This document shows positions 36,896 to 46,833 of a stretch of 64,000 nucleotides of DNA, one piece after another. Numbering within the stretch: position 1 is the stretch's first letter; every line of letters begins with the position of its first letter. The stretch is from positions 24,633 to 88,632 of the IMG/VR virus record IMGVR_UViG_3300028585_000020; one strand, 5' to 3'. The notes under the pieces are model-generated. The model made no database searches. It saw only the letters and a program-made list of their open reading frames with translations, and was not told where the DNA came from. A program made the translations under genes and the position numbers. Source of the DNA: a virus. Taxonomy: Duplodnaviria > Caudoviricetes.

Positions 36896-38542
36896 TTAGA
36901 ACTCTGCAACATCACTATCTACAAGCTCAACTTCCCAAGTTGTGGGATTCAATCGGAATTCATCACAGACTCCCAAGACTCCATAGGGACGATTCTTAAG
37001 CACCGTAAGCCGTGCGTTGCCTCTACTACGATCAGGCATCACTTGCCCCTCTAGGCCGAGAATAATCCAACTGAGCGCCTCAAGAGCCGAACTACCCCGC
37101 ATATGACTCTTATCAACTTTAACCCAATACGGCTTCTCATCAGCGTCTTTAGGTGGCTTGTTATCAGCAAACCCTCCTCGGTTAATGTGTGAAATCGCTA
37201 TGATTGTTACAGGGTTACTTGCACAGAATGCAGCCAACATGGTCATAGCGCGGTCAATCTCTTTGCGCTCGTCAGATTCTCCCGCTCCACCGGACGTAAT
37301 CAAAGTTAGGTGGTCAATGATGATGCGATCACACTTACTGACAAGGTGCATGTGCTTAATCTTGGGCATCAACTCATCAATATTCATGTGCCCAAAGTGC
37401 GACAAGAACACTGCCTTATCATCACTAACAATGTAATCGTAGGCAGCTTTGATTTCTTCCTCAGACGCGCAAGCGAGAGGGTCTTCCTTAAACTGATTGA
37501 AGTTGACCTTCAGATGATGTGCAACCATCCGTTGCAGGGTTTCCTTCTGAGTTTCCTCAAGAAAGATCAGTCCAACTCGTTCGCCAGCTTTAATAAAGTC
37601 TGCCGCAAAACTGGCGGTGACAGTGCTCTTACCTACACCAACCCCGGATGTCAGCAGAACAAGTTCAGACTTGCGAAAGCCTCGAATCTTTTCCATCAGT
37701 TTTGGGAAGCTCGGACACATCAGCCCCACTTCCCGCTTTGCGATCAAATCCTCAAAAGTGACATCAGATGCGTAGCTAATCTTCTCAGTAACGAATCGCT
37801 TAGTGCCAAACTGAAGTAGCTTTGCCAACTCGTTAGACTTCCCTGCTTGAAGGTAGTCACTGCAATCCTTCAAACCGTTGTCAAAAGGGACTGTATAAAT
37901 GTTATCGCCAATAAAAGCCCCTGCAACGGCTTCAGTGGCCTCCTTGCCCTTCATAATCTTTTTGACACGCTCAGCGGGAGTTGCCTCATCGTTGTCAAAC
38001 GCTAAAGTGATACGTTCATGGCCTAGGACAAAGCCTTCATTGTGTAGCATTGCCTCGGTGGCGTTAGCAGTGCCCATCGAGATACTTACAATGAAAGGCT
38101 CCATACCTTCAAACTTAGTACCTTTGACTTGATCTTTGAGTGCTTGGAAGCCTGCCAAACAATCGTGTTCGCCCTCACTGACAATCAAGTTTGATTTCTT
38201 ACGCTGGATGCCTTCAGCAACTTGCTGACCAAAGAGCTTATTACCAATCGTAAGGCTTCCCACAACCGACCAATGGCCTTTTTCGGTTTTGTGCTTCGTA
38301 AGGTCTTGCCGCTTATATGCGGTCAGCTTCCCCTTTTGGTCATAGTAAGGGAAATAGATAGCTTCGATAGTTTTACCATCAGATTGGGATTTGGCAACTT
38401 TTACACCGTACCGCTCGCAAGTTTCTTTACGAATACCTCGCTCTGGAATATCTGCAAAAGGATAGCCCTCAATTTCTTTCAATGTTTCCTTGGGTACGTA
38501 TTCACTAATCATCTGTTTACTTTCTCCCTTCCAGTATCCCAT
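36896..38542 (-). CDS. Primase-helicase (TOPRIM plus SF4, T7 gp4-like)
   Basis: SEGEHD, FDND, KDCSD; Walker A GVGVGKST; IIIDHL; ISHINR; MRGSSAL; KNR. Confidence 0.95.
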   Translation of the reverse strand: MGYWKGESKQMISEYVPKETLKEIEGYPFADIPERGIRKETCERYGVKVAKSQSDGKTIEAIYFPYYDQKGKLTAYKRQDLTKHKTEKGHWSVVGSLTIGNKLFGQQVAEGIQRKKSNLIVSEGEHDCLAGFQALKDQVKGTKFEGMEPFIVSISMGTANATEAMLHNEGFVLGHERITLAFDNDEATPAERVKKIMKGKEATEAVAGAFIGDNIYTVPFDNGLKDCSDYLQAGKSNELAKLLQFGTKRFVTEKISYASDVTFEDLIAKREVGLMCPSFPKLMEKIRGFRKSELVLLTSGVGVGKSTVTASFAADFIKAGERVGLIFLEETQKETLQRMVAHHLKVNFNQFKEDPLACASEEEIKAAYDYIVSDDKAVFLSHFGHMNIDELMPKIKHMHLVSKCDRIIIDHLTLITSGGAGESDERKEIDRAMTMLAAFCASNPVTIIAISHINRGGFADNKPPKDADEKPYWVKVDKSHMRGSSALEALSWIILGLEGQVMPDRSRGNARLTVLKNRPYGVLGVCDEFRLNPTTWEVELVDSDVAEF

Positions 38543-38551
38543 AAATTACCC

Positions 38552-39549
38552 TCAATGAATCTGCTTTTCAAAATTGACAGCATACACTGCAATCATCCCC
38601 TGCATAATCTCCTCATCAAAGTACATAGCTCCGTCTTCATCTTCGTAGAAGTAATTATCCCGGTTCTTATATAGAAACTCCTGCAAATCCTTGAATACGC
38701 TAATCATTTCTCCCTCCAAATACACTTCAAGACTGCCCACATAATCCCAATTATTAAGCACCACAAACCAGCAACACCTAGCATCCATACAACAGCAAAA
38801 ACTATGAACAACAACCCTTCAGCAAATACGAACATGCCCAGAGCGCCACCCACGAGTAACAGAAAGCTTGTAATACAGGCTGTAGCAATAACTTTTTCAA
38901 GTTTTGTGAACATCATTTCAACCCCCTTAAAAATCCTTAAACACATCATTATACGTCCAATTGCGCAAATCCACCATCAAACAATTGTAACTAGGAATCT
39001 TGGCATATTGTTCATTGGCCCACGCAAGAGCTTCCTTATTCTGAGAGCCGCCACGTTTAGTCATCTCCAGATAAATTCGAGATTGTCGCTTGACAGTTGT
39101 TCGATATGCGAAATCCACTCGCACAACGTACAGGAAAATCAAGCCGAGGATTGTTAGTAATGTTGCGTAGGCGGGGAACATGTTGGCTCCTATTTGTAAT
39201 ATTCGTACTGCTGTTTAAGTTGCTCTTCCAGACGCTCAATCTTATCCTGCAAGTCCTTACCAATTGCCGCTTGGATTTCCTCTTTGTTGGCCTCGTAAAT
39301 CAACTGTCGAGCTTTCTCAGAACTAAACCGGCGAGTGATGTCAAACTTTACGTGCTCATCATTCAGAGTGCCATCGAAGAAGGCTGTCAGCCACTCTACA
39401 GTTTGGAAGTACACATTGCTTGCAGTGTCATTCTCAACGTGCGGAAGATAGCCAAGGTAAATCTTGTCCACAGCTTCGCGTGCGGCTTCCTCAACTTGTT
39501 TGGTGAGGATAGTTTTAGTGTTCAGAAACACTTCTTCGATGGTTGGCAT
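38552..39549 (-). other. Hypothetical CDSs 38552-38707, 38704-38949 (membrane), 38927-39181, 39190-39549
   Basis: RBSs and overlaps. Confidence 0.6.
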
Positions 39550-39571
39550 TTTGGCTCCTTAGTTAAAATTC

Positions 39572-40279
39572 TTACGAATGTTCCAGCAATGCTGCCAAGC
39601 TCACTGGAAAGTGTTGTTCTACAATTTCTTTCACTTGTTGTGCGACAATGGTAGCTTCTTTCTGCGTGTGTGAGTCAAGACGCAACGACAACATCTTGTG
39701 AAACGCCTTCAGTGTGCCGCTCCAGTACCACTCTGTCAGCATGTCGGTCGGAAGCACTGCTCGCGCCTGTTCCGCACAAATCCCCATTTCAAGAAGCTTA
39801 TTATACGCATCTAGCGCCACTTGTACAGCGTTAAAGAACACGTTGTGTGCAGATGCTTGAGTCATCTCGTCAACTTCGCCACCACTGCCTTGCTTAACAT
39901 TTTCAGCAGCCCATCGGAAGTTCATCTCGCCAAATTCAGGTTCACTGTCAACATAGCGGCGGCTCACCTCATTCCACGGCATGTATTCGTGCTTCACAAG
40001 CTGGCGCGCGATGTAGAGCGGAGCCTTGACGCGAACAGTGATGAATGTGTGATTGAAAGGAGAGTAGTGTTTGTGCTTAGCAAGATAATTGATAAGTTTC
40101 TTGTCGCCTTCTTTCAACTTAGCAATCATCTTAGTGTAGATACCAAAAGCATCTTCGCCAGCAACCTCGTCGTAATCCCAATCACTTGCTTTATCAAAGC
40201 TCACTCGCGCCGCTTGTACCACACTCAGGTCACTACCGCAATGGTCAATGTATTCTACTTTAATGTCTGCAATCTTCAC
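39572..40279 (-). CDS. thyX: Flavin-dependent thymidylate synthase
   Basis: SVVQAARVSF, HYSPFNH, RQLVKH..NEVSRRY, EQARAVLP, RLDSHTQKE. Confidence 0.95.
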   Translation of the reverse strand: MKIADIKVEYIDHCGSDLSVVQAARVSFDKASDWDYDEVAGEDAFGIYTKMIAKLKEGDKKLINYLAKHKHYSPFNHTFITVRVKAPLYIARQLVKHEYMPWNEVSRRYVDSEPEFGEMNFRWAAENVKQGSGGEVDEMTQASAHNVFFNAVQVALDAYNKLLEMGICAEQARAVLPTDMLTEWYWSGTLKAFHKMLSLRLDSHTQKEATIVAQQVKEIVEQHFPVSLAALLEHS

Positions 40280-42248
40280 TTGTTCTCCTTAAACCAATCG
40301 GCCACTTCATGCTCATACCAACGCTCTACTTTAATCTCAACCATGTCACGATTGTGCTTCAGAGCACCGTTCATAACTTGTTTGTAGACTAGAGCAAGAG
40401 CCCCCTCATAATCTTCTCGATTGAAGAATCCGATATTCATCCAGCCGTCCGAAACTACTAGATACTCTTTCTTCTTGAGTTCTTCAAACTGTTTCAACTT
40501 AGATTGACAGTGTGCAATCAGGTTGTGCAAGCCTTCTGAATCGAGGTCTGCGATGTATTCTGGGTAGCTTTGTCTCACACTACCTCCATATCAATCCACT
40601 CTTCAATCTGCTTGTACACCACATTTGCTGGTCGCCCATACAACTCATTCTCAGCCTTGCCAAGACCCTCAATAAAACTTGGGTTGTAGCCCGCTTGTGT
40701 AGCAGCAAACTTGAAAAGAGACTCTTGCTTCTCTTCCAAGTCTTCTCCACTAAGCTCAAACATATAGGATTCAAACTCGTCAATAAACTCCTGCGTCAAA
40801 ACTTCAGGAGTAAGCTCAATCTCGTACTCTTTTTCAATAGTGACACGGACAGTTTTCTTCATAGTTTCCCTCAATCCAAACGAATAACAATCTTCGAGCC
40901 GTTGTCAAGCTCAAATTCATGGGACGGCACAGGATTCCAACCGTCGAAGTTCACTGCCGCACAAACGACGTAACAATCTTGCCCGTAAAACCGGATAGGT
41001 GCTCGTTCATGGAAAGCAACCTCAAGTGCTTTGATAGCGTCTTTCTTCTCTTTGTCCAAAGCATCCACTCGCGCTTGTGCATATTTAGCGACAACGTGAG
41101 CTTGCTCTTTGGTCATCTTGTCGATTTTGTCATAGATGCTCATCACTTCTCCTCCCTAGCATTCTTTTCAATAAAAATCACAACAATAATCGCTGCAACA
41201 AGCTGCCAGAAACTCAAAGGCCAAACTAGAGCGCCTAGCAGAAAGTAGAGGAAAATGTTGATATAGTTGAGGCTCATGCTGAATGCCACTCAGTAATCTC
41301 AACAACTTTCTTCACAGGACGCACTTTGCGAAACTCTGGATCATACCGTTCACCATCACTCCAATATCCTGAATTGTCACGAGTCTCAGTAACTTCAAAA
41401 TACTCGTCAGTGCCTCGTAGGTGATAGACAGACGTTTGCGATACAGTCTTGTGCTCCACCACATCGTCACCATGTTCTACGCAATCGAAAATAACGCTGT
41501 CGTCTTCGGAATACACTTCACCGTATTCGTAGTGGTTGTCTTGGAATTCTTGGATGTTCATTTCGTTTCCCCCTGTTGTTTGTAAAACATTTCACTAAGA
41601 TGCACAGCCTTGAAGTCCTCTTGCTCAGCAAACTTCTTTCCTGTATGTGTTTGCCAAGCCCTCTTGCAGCCACTCCTCGTCCCCCACCCACATTTCGTGT
41701 CAAAAGAGACAAACTTGTTTGTGGGAATGTGGAGGATTGCCCAGATTCCGGGAGCTTCACAGATTTTTCGCTTGCTCATTCGTTGCCCATCATTTCATCC
41801 AGTTGCAGATACAAATCATCCAATTCATTCTGCATGTGCCAGTTCTCTTCTTCGTTTGCGGTGATTTCTCCCTCAAGCACTCGGCAACGTGCTGCAATTT
41901 GATCTTCAGTCATCATGACACCCGTACAGTTTTAATCATATCTGGTTCAACATCTTTGAAATACTCTTTCCAAAGTTCCATGCCGTTGTCGAAGCTTGCC
42001 TTGAATGCTTCGGGATTAGAACAGTTGAGTTCATAACCAACAAAGAAATAATCGCCACGGTAACAATCAAGCATCCTACCTTCTACTTTTTCGTTGTCGT
42101 ACAGCCACTCAGACAGCCCGTCTTCTTCGATACGTTCACGATCTTCATCCGACAACACATTGTGTTTTTCCAAGAAGGCTTCTGCATCGTGCTTGTCGTC
42201 AAACTCTTTACCAATGCCTACAATGGCGGAATACGAAACACCCATCAT
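40276..42248 (-). other. Run of small hypothetical CDSs: 40276-40578, 40575-40874, 40871-41146, 41143-41277 (membrane), 41274-41561, 41558-41779, ~41776-41916, 41913-42248
   Basis: ATGA overlaps and RBSs; several are strongly acidic. Confidence 0.65.
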
Positions 42249-42255
42249 CTTCTCC

Positions 42256-42648
42256 TTAGCAATAAAATTTATGGTTGTGCACCACAGCTACAAGTCTCTT
42301 ACTCTTTGCCCAGCTAGGCTCTACAGACTTAGCATGAAAATAAGTTGTACAGCTTGGCACAACAGGACTCATCATACGGAGTTTTTCGTAATCAGTCAAG
42401 AACTTTCTACTGACCTTAACATTTTTAAGCTTCATACCCTTCTTGACGCTGCTAAATTGCCCCTTGCGCTTAGCTTCCGTGCATGTGTCTGTGCCATTCT
42501 TCCGTGCTCGATTCTTAAGTGTCTGTCGAACAGCTTTCTGACCTCGCAAGGGTTCTCCCCTGCTCTCCAAGTAAACAACAGCCCTTGTACAGAAATCCTC
42601 AGCGGGAGGCTGTTGCGCAAGAAGAAGGGCTAATACGAGGCCGGTCAA
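42256..42648 (-). CDS. SleB/Hydrolase_2-family cell-wall hydrolase
   Basis: Signal-like N-terminus; AVVYLESRGEP..GQ..GQFS..TYFHA..PSW..HNHKFY. Confidence 0.85.
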   Translation of the reverse strand: MTGLVLALLLAQQPPAEDFCTRAVVYLESRGEPLRGQKAVRQTLKNRARKNGTDTCTEAKRKGQFSSVKKGMKLKNVKVSRKFLTDYEKLRMMSPVVPSCTTYFHAKSVEPSWAKSKRLVAVVHNHKFYC

Positions 42649-43249
42649 ATGAACTCAATCACATTATCTTTGAAGGGCACCTCGGACATTCCATGGTAAA
42701 AACGTTCTCCAAAAATTTGAAACAATTCCCATAGTTGGCCCTTGTAAATTTTGCCCTCTTTAATTTCCCGCCAGTCATGGTAAGCATCAAATTCACTATA
42801 GTACCTGTTAAGGCACTCCGCGCCAAATTTTGTCAGAACGACTTGCGCGGGATTGTTCATGTTAATTTGTACGCAATCCATCATCGCCCTTTCGTGTTAA
42901 ACGGCCAGCCAAGTTCTCGTCGGGCTTGTTCGTGTTGCTGCTTAGTAATGACTGAAGTCAACATCACACTTCCTCCAGCATCTCAACAGGCATCGGCATA
43001 AGAATTTTGTCCATAAACCTGCGGAACGCTTCCTCATCCCTAGCATTCTTAGGTGGCTCAATCAGCTTCAGGCAAGAGCGCCCAATCAGCCAACTCTCAT
43101 CACTACCTTTCAAGCTAATGTTGTAGTATTGCTCTTCATCAAAGTGTGCAATGCTCAACACAGTGCATTCCATGCCTCGATACTCCGCAAATTTGTTGTA
43201 CGTGTCGATGATTTCACACACGTCACCTTGCTTCAGTGGCTTCTCCATA
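42645..43249 (-). other. Hypothetical CDSs 42645-42884 and 42964-43249
   Basis: RBSs; upstream leftward promoter. Confidence 0.6.
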
Positions 43250-43280
43250 CATCCTCCTTGTGTCAATGAACTATGCAGCA

Positions 43281-43383
43281 ATGATGCCACGTATTCTTAC
43301 CGCTGTCAACAAGAATTTTACTAGGATGTTGTGCAGCCGTGCTAAGAAAGCGCTTGACAAGAATCTTACCCTTGCTGTATCCT
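43281..43383. promoter_or_regulatory. Back-to-back divergent sigma70-like promoters at the strand switch
   Basis: Minus: TTGACA-17-CATCAT (43281-43309); plus: TTGACA-18-TATCCT (43354-43383). Confidence 0.7.
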
Positions 43384-43416
43384 AAGCGAGTTGTTTCTAA
43401 TTTACAAGGAGAAGAT

Positions 43417-43908
43417 ATGGGATTTCCAAAACTGGTAAAGTGTGTGGACGACGAAGATGCCTTGTACGCAGATGGCTTCCTAGTCGCGGGGGTGAATTAC
43501 ATTGCTACAGGTGTTGAGCACGGTAGTGATTTCGTGATCGACGGTACGGCCTACTCTTGGGATATGAATCGTTTTGTGGTGCTTGAGGAAGACTACCAAG
43601 TACCGCAAGATGTGGCTCCAGAAGAATACACAGGCGCATCCGTCAGCTACTACAAACTTACCATCACTGAACGCATCGACCCAGAAGCTGAGCCTTGCGA
43701 GATTGAATGCCAAGAAGTTATCGAAGCTCTCGGCATGGATTTCGCAGAAGGAAACGCCTTCAAAGCCATCTGGCGCAAGTGTGCTGCACGTAAGTTTGGC
43801 AAAGCTAAGAAGGGTTATGATAATGGTCTTTACGACGCTGAAAAGGTTGTTTTCTTTGGGCAACGTATGCTAGCATTGGCGAAGGCATACGCCGATAAAC
43901 TTGAATAG
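43417..43908 (+). CDS. DUF3310-like protein with N-terminal extension
   Basis: Start 43417 (AAGGAG RBS); IECQEVIEALGMDFAEGNAFKAIWR..DAEKVVFF. Confidence 0.7.
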   Translation: MGFPKLVKCVDDEDALYADGFLVAGVNYIATGVEHGSDFVIDGTAYSWDMNRFVVLEEDYQVPQDVAPEEYTGASVSYYKLTITERIDPEAEPCEIECQEVIEALGMDFAEGNAFKAIWRKCAARKFGKAKKGYDNGLYDAEKVVFFGQRMLALAKAYADKLE

Positions 43909-43922
43909 GGAGAAGAAATTGA

Positions 43923-44021
43923 ATGAAGCGAATTGTTTTTAGCCTAGCAGTGGCAATCGCCATGTCTTTGTGTGTTGCTATTGGAGTGAGCTTTGTAAAG
44001 CATTACTTGAGGGTTGGCTGA
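43923..44021 (+). CDS. 32-aa membrane peptide
   Basis: MKRIVFSLAVAIAMSLCVAIGVSFVKHYLRVG, GGAG RBS. Confidence 0.5.
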   Translation: MKRIVFSLAVAIAMSLCVAIGVSFVKHYLRVG

Positions 44022-44092
44022 ATAGTTTCTGGAATGTAAGTCCAAAAAGACAACTTGGCTAGGTCATCTCACTTTAAAATTTAAGTCTGTCT

Positions 44093-44123
44093 AGGGCTTC
44101 GCAGAAATGTTGAAGCCCTTTTC
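44093..44123 (+). terminator. Intrinsic terminator
   Basis: AGGGCTTC-11 nt-GAAGCCCT-TTTC. Confidence 0.7.
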
Positions 44124-44129
44124 TTCGTC

Positions 44130-44515
44130 TGTACAATTTCACTTACAACTCCCTCACTCCCGCCTGCCGTCACAATTCCTCCCAAGCACCTTTCACAATC
44201 TTGCTCAAAAGCATCAGATTGAGCATGTCCCTAGCCTCCTTTCAGCTATTCAAAAAATGTTCTGGCAAAAGATGCCCTTATCCGCGCTAGATGGGAACTC
44301 TTGGCTGGGATGTTTCTTCACGCTCTATGTAATACACATTAGTCGCTATGAGGGATTGTTCAAGGGGAGATTGTTCGTATAGGGTTGTAGGACTCCTTGC
44401 AGATGGTTTGTCAGCTTGTAGGCCGTTCTAGTGAGCCTACGCCTATCTACTAGATAGTGCAAGCTGTGACAGTGGGTCAACTGTGAGTCAACGTGTAGAT
44501 TGTGAAATCGGTGAA
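44130..44515. ncRNA. Candidate large structured non-coding element
   Basis: Multiple nested complementary segments and a three-way junction; no credible ORF (see findings). Confidence 0.4.
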
Positions 44516-44516
44516 G

Positions 44517-44591
44517 TCACATTTGGTATTGCTTCAAAGTCAGTAAAGTTGAACAGAAGAATTTGTGTGTCTTGCTTCCTATGAGAGCCAT
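44517..44591 (-). CDS. Possible 24-aa peptide
   Basis: AGGAG RBS 5 nt before ATG; MALIGSKTHKFFCSTLLTLKQYQM. Confidence 0.35.
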   Translation of the reverse strand: MALIGSKTHKFFCSTLLTLKQYQM

Positions 44592-44695
44592 AAAATCTCC
44601 TGAGACACAATGTTGCTTCTGTTGCAAATGAGAAAGTAGGATTTCGCTTACACGGAATAAGTCAATACCTTCTGCACAATTTTTAAAAATATTTG

Positions 44696-44735
44696 TTGAC
44701 AAGCGCTTTTTACGTTTGCTATAGTTCATTCATCG
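44696..44735 (+). promoter_or_regulatory. Early promoter with TCATCG downstream signature
   Basis: TTGACA-18-TATAGT-4-TCATCG. Confidence 0.75.
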
Positions 44736-44820
44736 ACACGGCAACGACAACAAGCCTGAAGTCGAAGCTGAAACAACTAACTTATAGCCAACCGCTAAAC
44801 AAACTTAAAGGGAATACATC

Positions 44821-45567
44821 ATGAACAAGCAGACCAACACCGCAGCTAACAACCTCAAGCAACTGATCGTGCGTATCTCGCCAGTCTCGGGAGCGCCAGT
44901 TTTGTTCGACGCAAGCTCGAAACACAATGGTCAAATTTCTTGCATCGTTTCGGGAGAAGAGAAAATTGTCGGACTGGATTTTTATCAGGCCGCTGTGCCG
45001 ATGGAAGAAGATGCTGCCAAACAAGTTGTGCAAGCTTACGCTGAACGTGCTAACATCCCTCTCGAAAGTGTGGTTGTTCGTCACCGACTCCCAAAAGCTA
45101 ATATTGCGCCTCCGGCTCCACGCAAGGCTCGCAAGTTGAACGACGCTAATTTGGTGCTCGCCTCGGACAACACCAAACCTGTTAAGAAAGACGAACAGGA
45201 AAGCACTCAGGACTACCGATCGAAGTCTGAATTGGAAGCGGCAGTCCAGCAGATGCACGACAACGCAACTAAAAAGCCAACGCCGGAACCAGTGCAACAA
45301 GCTTCTGCTGAGAATCCTGAAGGTGCGACCGTGAAGCCACAAGAGCGTCAACGCAGGAAGTACGAGCGCACCGCAAAGTCTGTCCGTACCAAGCGCTCTG
45401 CTGCGGCACTTAAGCGTTATCACGAAGAGCTTCAAGCTGCGACGAAAGATAGCACTACTCTCATGGAACCTGCCGCTCACAACGCCACCCGTGAAGTTGT
45501 AGATCAGGCTACTCTGGAGTTGGCGATGGCCCTGGCAAAGATTTTGAAAGGCGGGAACTTCCTCTGA
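44821..45567 (+). CDS. Hypothetical Ala/Lys-rich protein, partly disordered
   Basis: 248 aa, highly expressed-type codons, long A/C-rich leader. Confidence 0.75.
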   Translation: MNKQTNTAANNLKQLIVRISPVSGAPVLFDASSKHNGQISCIVSGEEKIVGLDFYQAAVPMEEDAAKQVVQAYAERANIPLESVVVRHRLPKANIAPPAPRKARKLNDANLVLASDNTKPVKKDEQESTQDYRSKSELEAAVQQMHDNATKKPTPEPVQQASAENPEGATVKPQERQRRKYERTAKSVRTKRSAAALKRYHEELQAATKDSTTLMEPAAHNATREVVDQATLELAMALAKILKGGNFL

Positions 45568-46426
45568 GTCGGGGTGGTCGAGGGACGATTATGAACGAAG
45601 CGTCCCTCTTATAACCTTTTGATTTCTCCTTATGCCCGTTCATAATTTTGTAAAGGCAGTTGACATTTACACCTGTTATTTTGCTGACCTCTTGTGCAGA
45701 CCCCGTAACCACTTCACCAGTTACGTCATTTTCAACAGACACTATCCTCATAAAACCTTTTAATCTGGGATCAGATGCAGGTACAGAGTCTAGACAAAAC
45801 CCCTTGCTGTAGACTGCTTTACCTGCTATCATGTTGCTAAGGCTGGAAGTCCTAAGGCCAAACTCTGCTGTCATTTCGGCAGGAGTCCGTTCTACCTTCT
45901 CGCCGGTTACGATATTTCTGAAAACATGCTTTTTAAAACATGCTCTCTGAGCACTGAGGTTTTCTTTTAAGCAGTAATTTTCACACCTCAGAGTTACTCC
46001 ATTTGTGAGAACATTGATATTACTCTCAGGTATTCCTACTCTGGCGGCAAACTCCCTTCGGGTCATTTCAAAAGACTCTCCTGTGTTTATGTCAGCAAAT
46101 TCATATACAGTTTGGTCGTATTTACTTTCGTTATACTCTCTCCTGACAACACCGAACATTCTTCGATTTCTGACAGTCCTTCTCCCCTTCGACATTGCCA
46201 TCATTGCCCAAGCACCTTTCCAGTGGATTCCTCCGTAAGCTTTCGCAAGCAACAAATGTGCTATAAAGTGATCCTCTGCCGTCAAGTACACTAAATTCTC
46301 TTCTTCATCCCCTCCACCCATGCACCTAGGCTTAATGTGGTGCCTCTCGTAGTACACACCTTCCAGTTTCGGCATCATCTTACGATGCTCAATCAGTTCG
46401 TTGTAAATCCTCAGGTAGTCCATCAA
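45509..46426 (-). CDS. HNH homing endonuclease with NUMOD-like DNA-binding repeats
   Basis: ERHHIKPRCMGGGDEEENLVYLTAEDHFIAHLLL; three ..TGE.... repeats. Confidence 0.85.
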   Translation of the reverse strand: MMDYLRIYNELIEHRKMMPKLEGVYYERHHIKPRCMGGGDEEENLVYLTAEDHFIAHLLLAKAYGGIHWKGAWAMMAMSKGRRTVRNRRMFGVVRREYNESKYDQTVYEFADINTGESFEMTRREFAARVGIPESNINVLTNGVTLRCENYCLKENLSAQRACFKKHVFRNIVTGEKVERTPAEMTAEFGLRTSSLSNMIAGKAVYSKGFCLDSVPASDPRLKGFMRIVSVENDVTGEVVTGSAQEVSKITGVNVNCLYKIMNGHKEKSKGYKRDASFIIVPRPPRLRGSSRLSKSLPGPSPTPE

Positions 46427-46644
46427 ATCCCCTCAGGAGCAACGCCGAACTCCGCAACGTACTCCGAGTGCAACTTGATGATCTTGGACAGCTTGCGGGC
46501 CTGCTGGAGCTTTACAAGCATCTCTGTGTCTTGCTTCCCGCTGTAGTACGTGATAAGCTTAGTGAACGCCTGAGGTTGGACAGTGTTGAAGTGGTCTGCG
46601 ACAGCAACGAGCGAAGCTGCGCGATAGTCGAATGAACGCGACAT
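46423..46644 (-). CDS. Hypothetical protein
   Basis: Start MSRSFDY with AAAGGA RBS; promoter at 46723-46751. Confidence 0.65.
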   Translation of the reverse strand: MSRSFDYRAASLVAVADHFNTVQPQAFTKLITYYSGKQDTEMLVKLQQARKLSKIIKLHSEYVAEFGVAPEGI

Positions 46645-46722
46645 AGTAATTCCTTTAAATTGTGTTGTTGGGAGTTTGGTACAGCAGACTTGCAAGGTAG
46701 AATTGCTCTACCCTTACTTAGT

Positions 46723-46833
46723 ATTATACAATCGACGTTTCCTTAAGTCAATTCTTATACTGATACTATGTAGAAAGATTAGAAGGAAAGTTCTAACTCC
46801 GCGCTTGTGAACTTAAGATTCTTATGTGATGAT
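46723..46833. promoter_or_regulatory. Divergent promoter pair
   Basis: Minus: TTGACT-17-TATAAT (46723-46751); plus: weaker TTGTGA-17-GATGAT (46805-46833). Confidence 0.65.

Noticed and set aside
20658-38542. Group I introns or inteins in nrdA, nrdB, polymerase or primase-helicase
   Set aside because: All catalytic motifs lie in single uninterrupted ORFs of normal length
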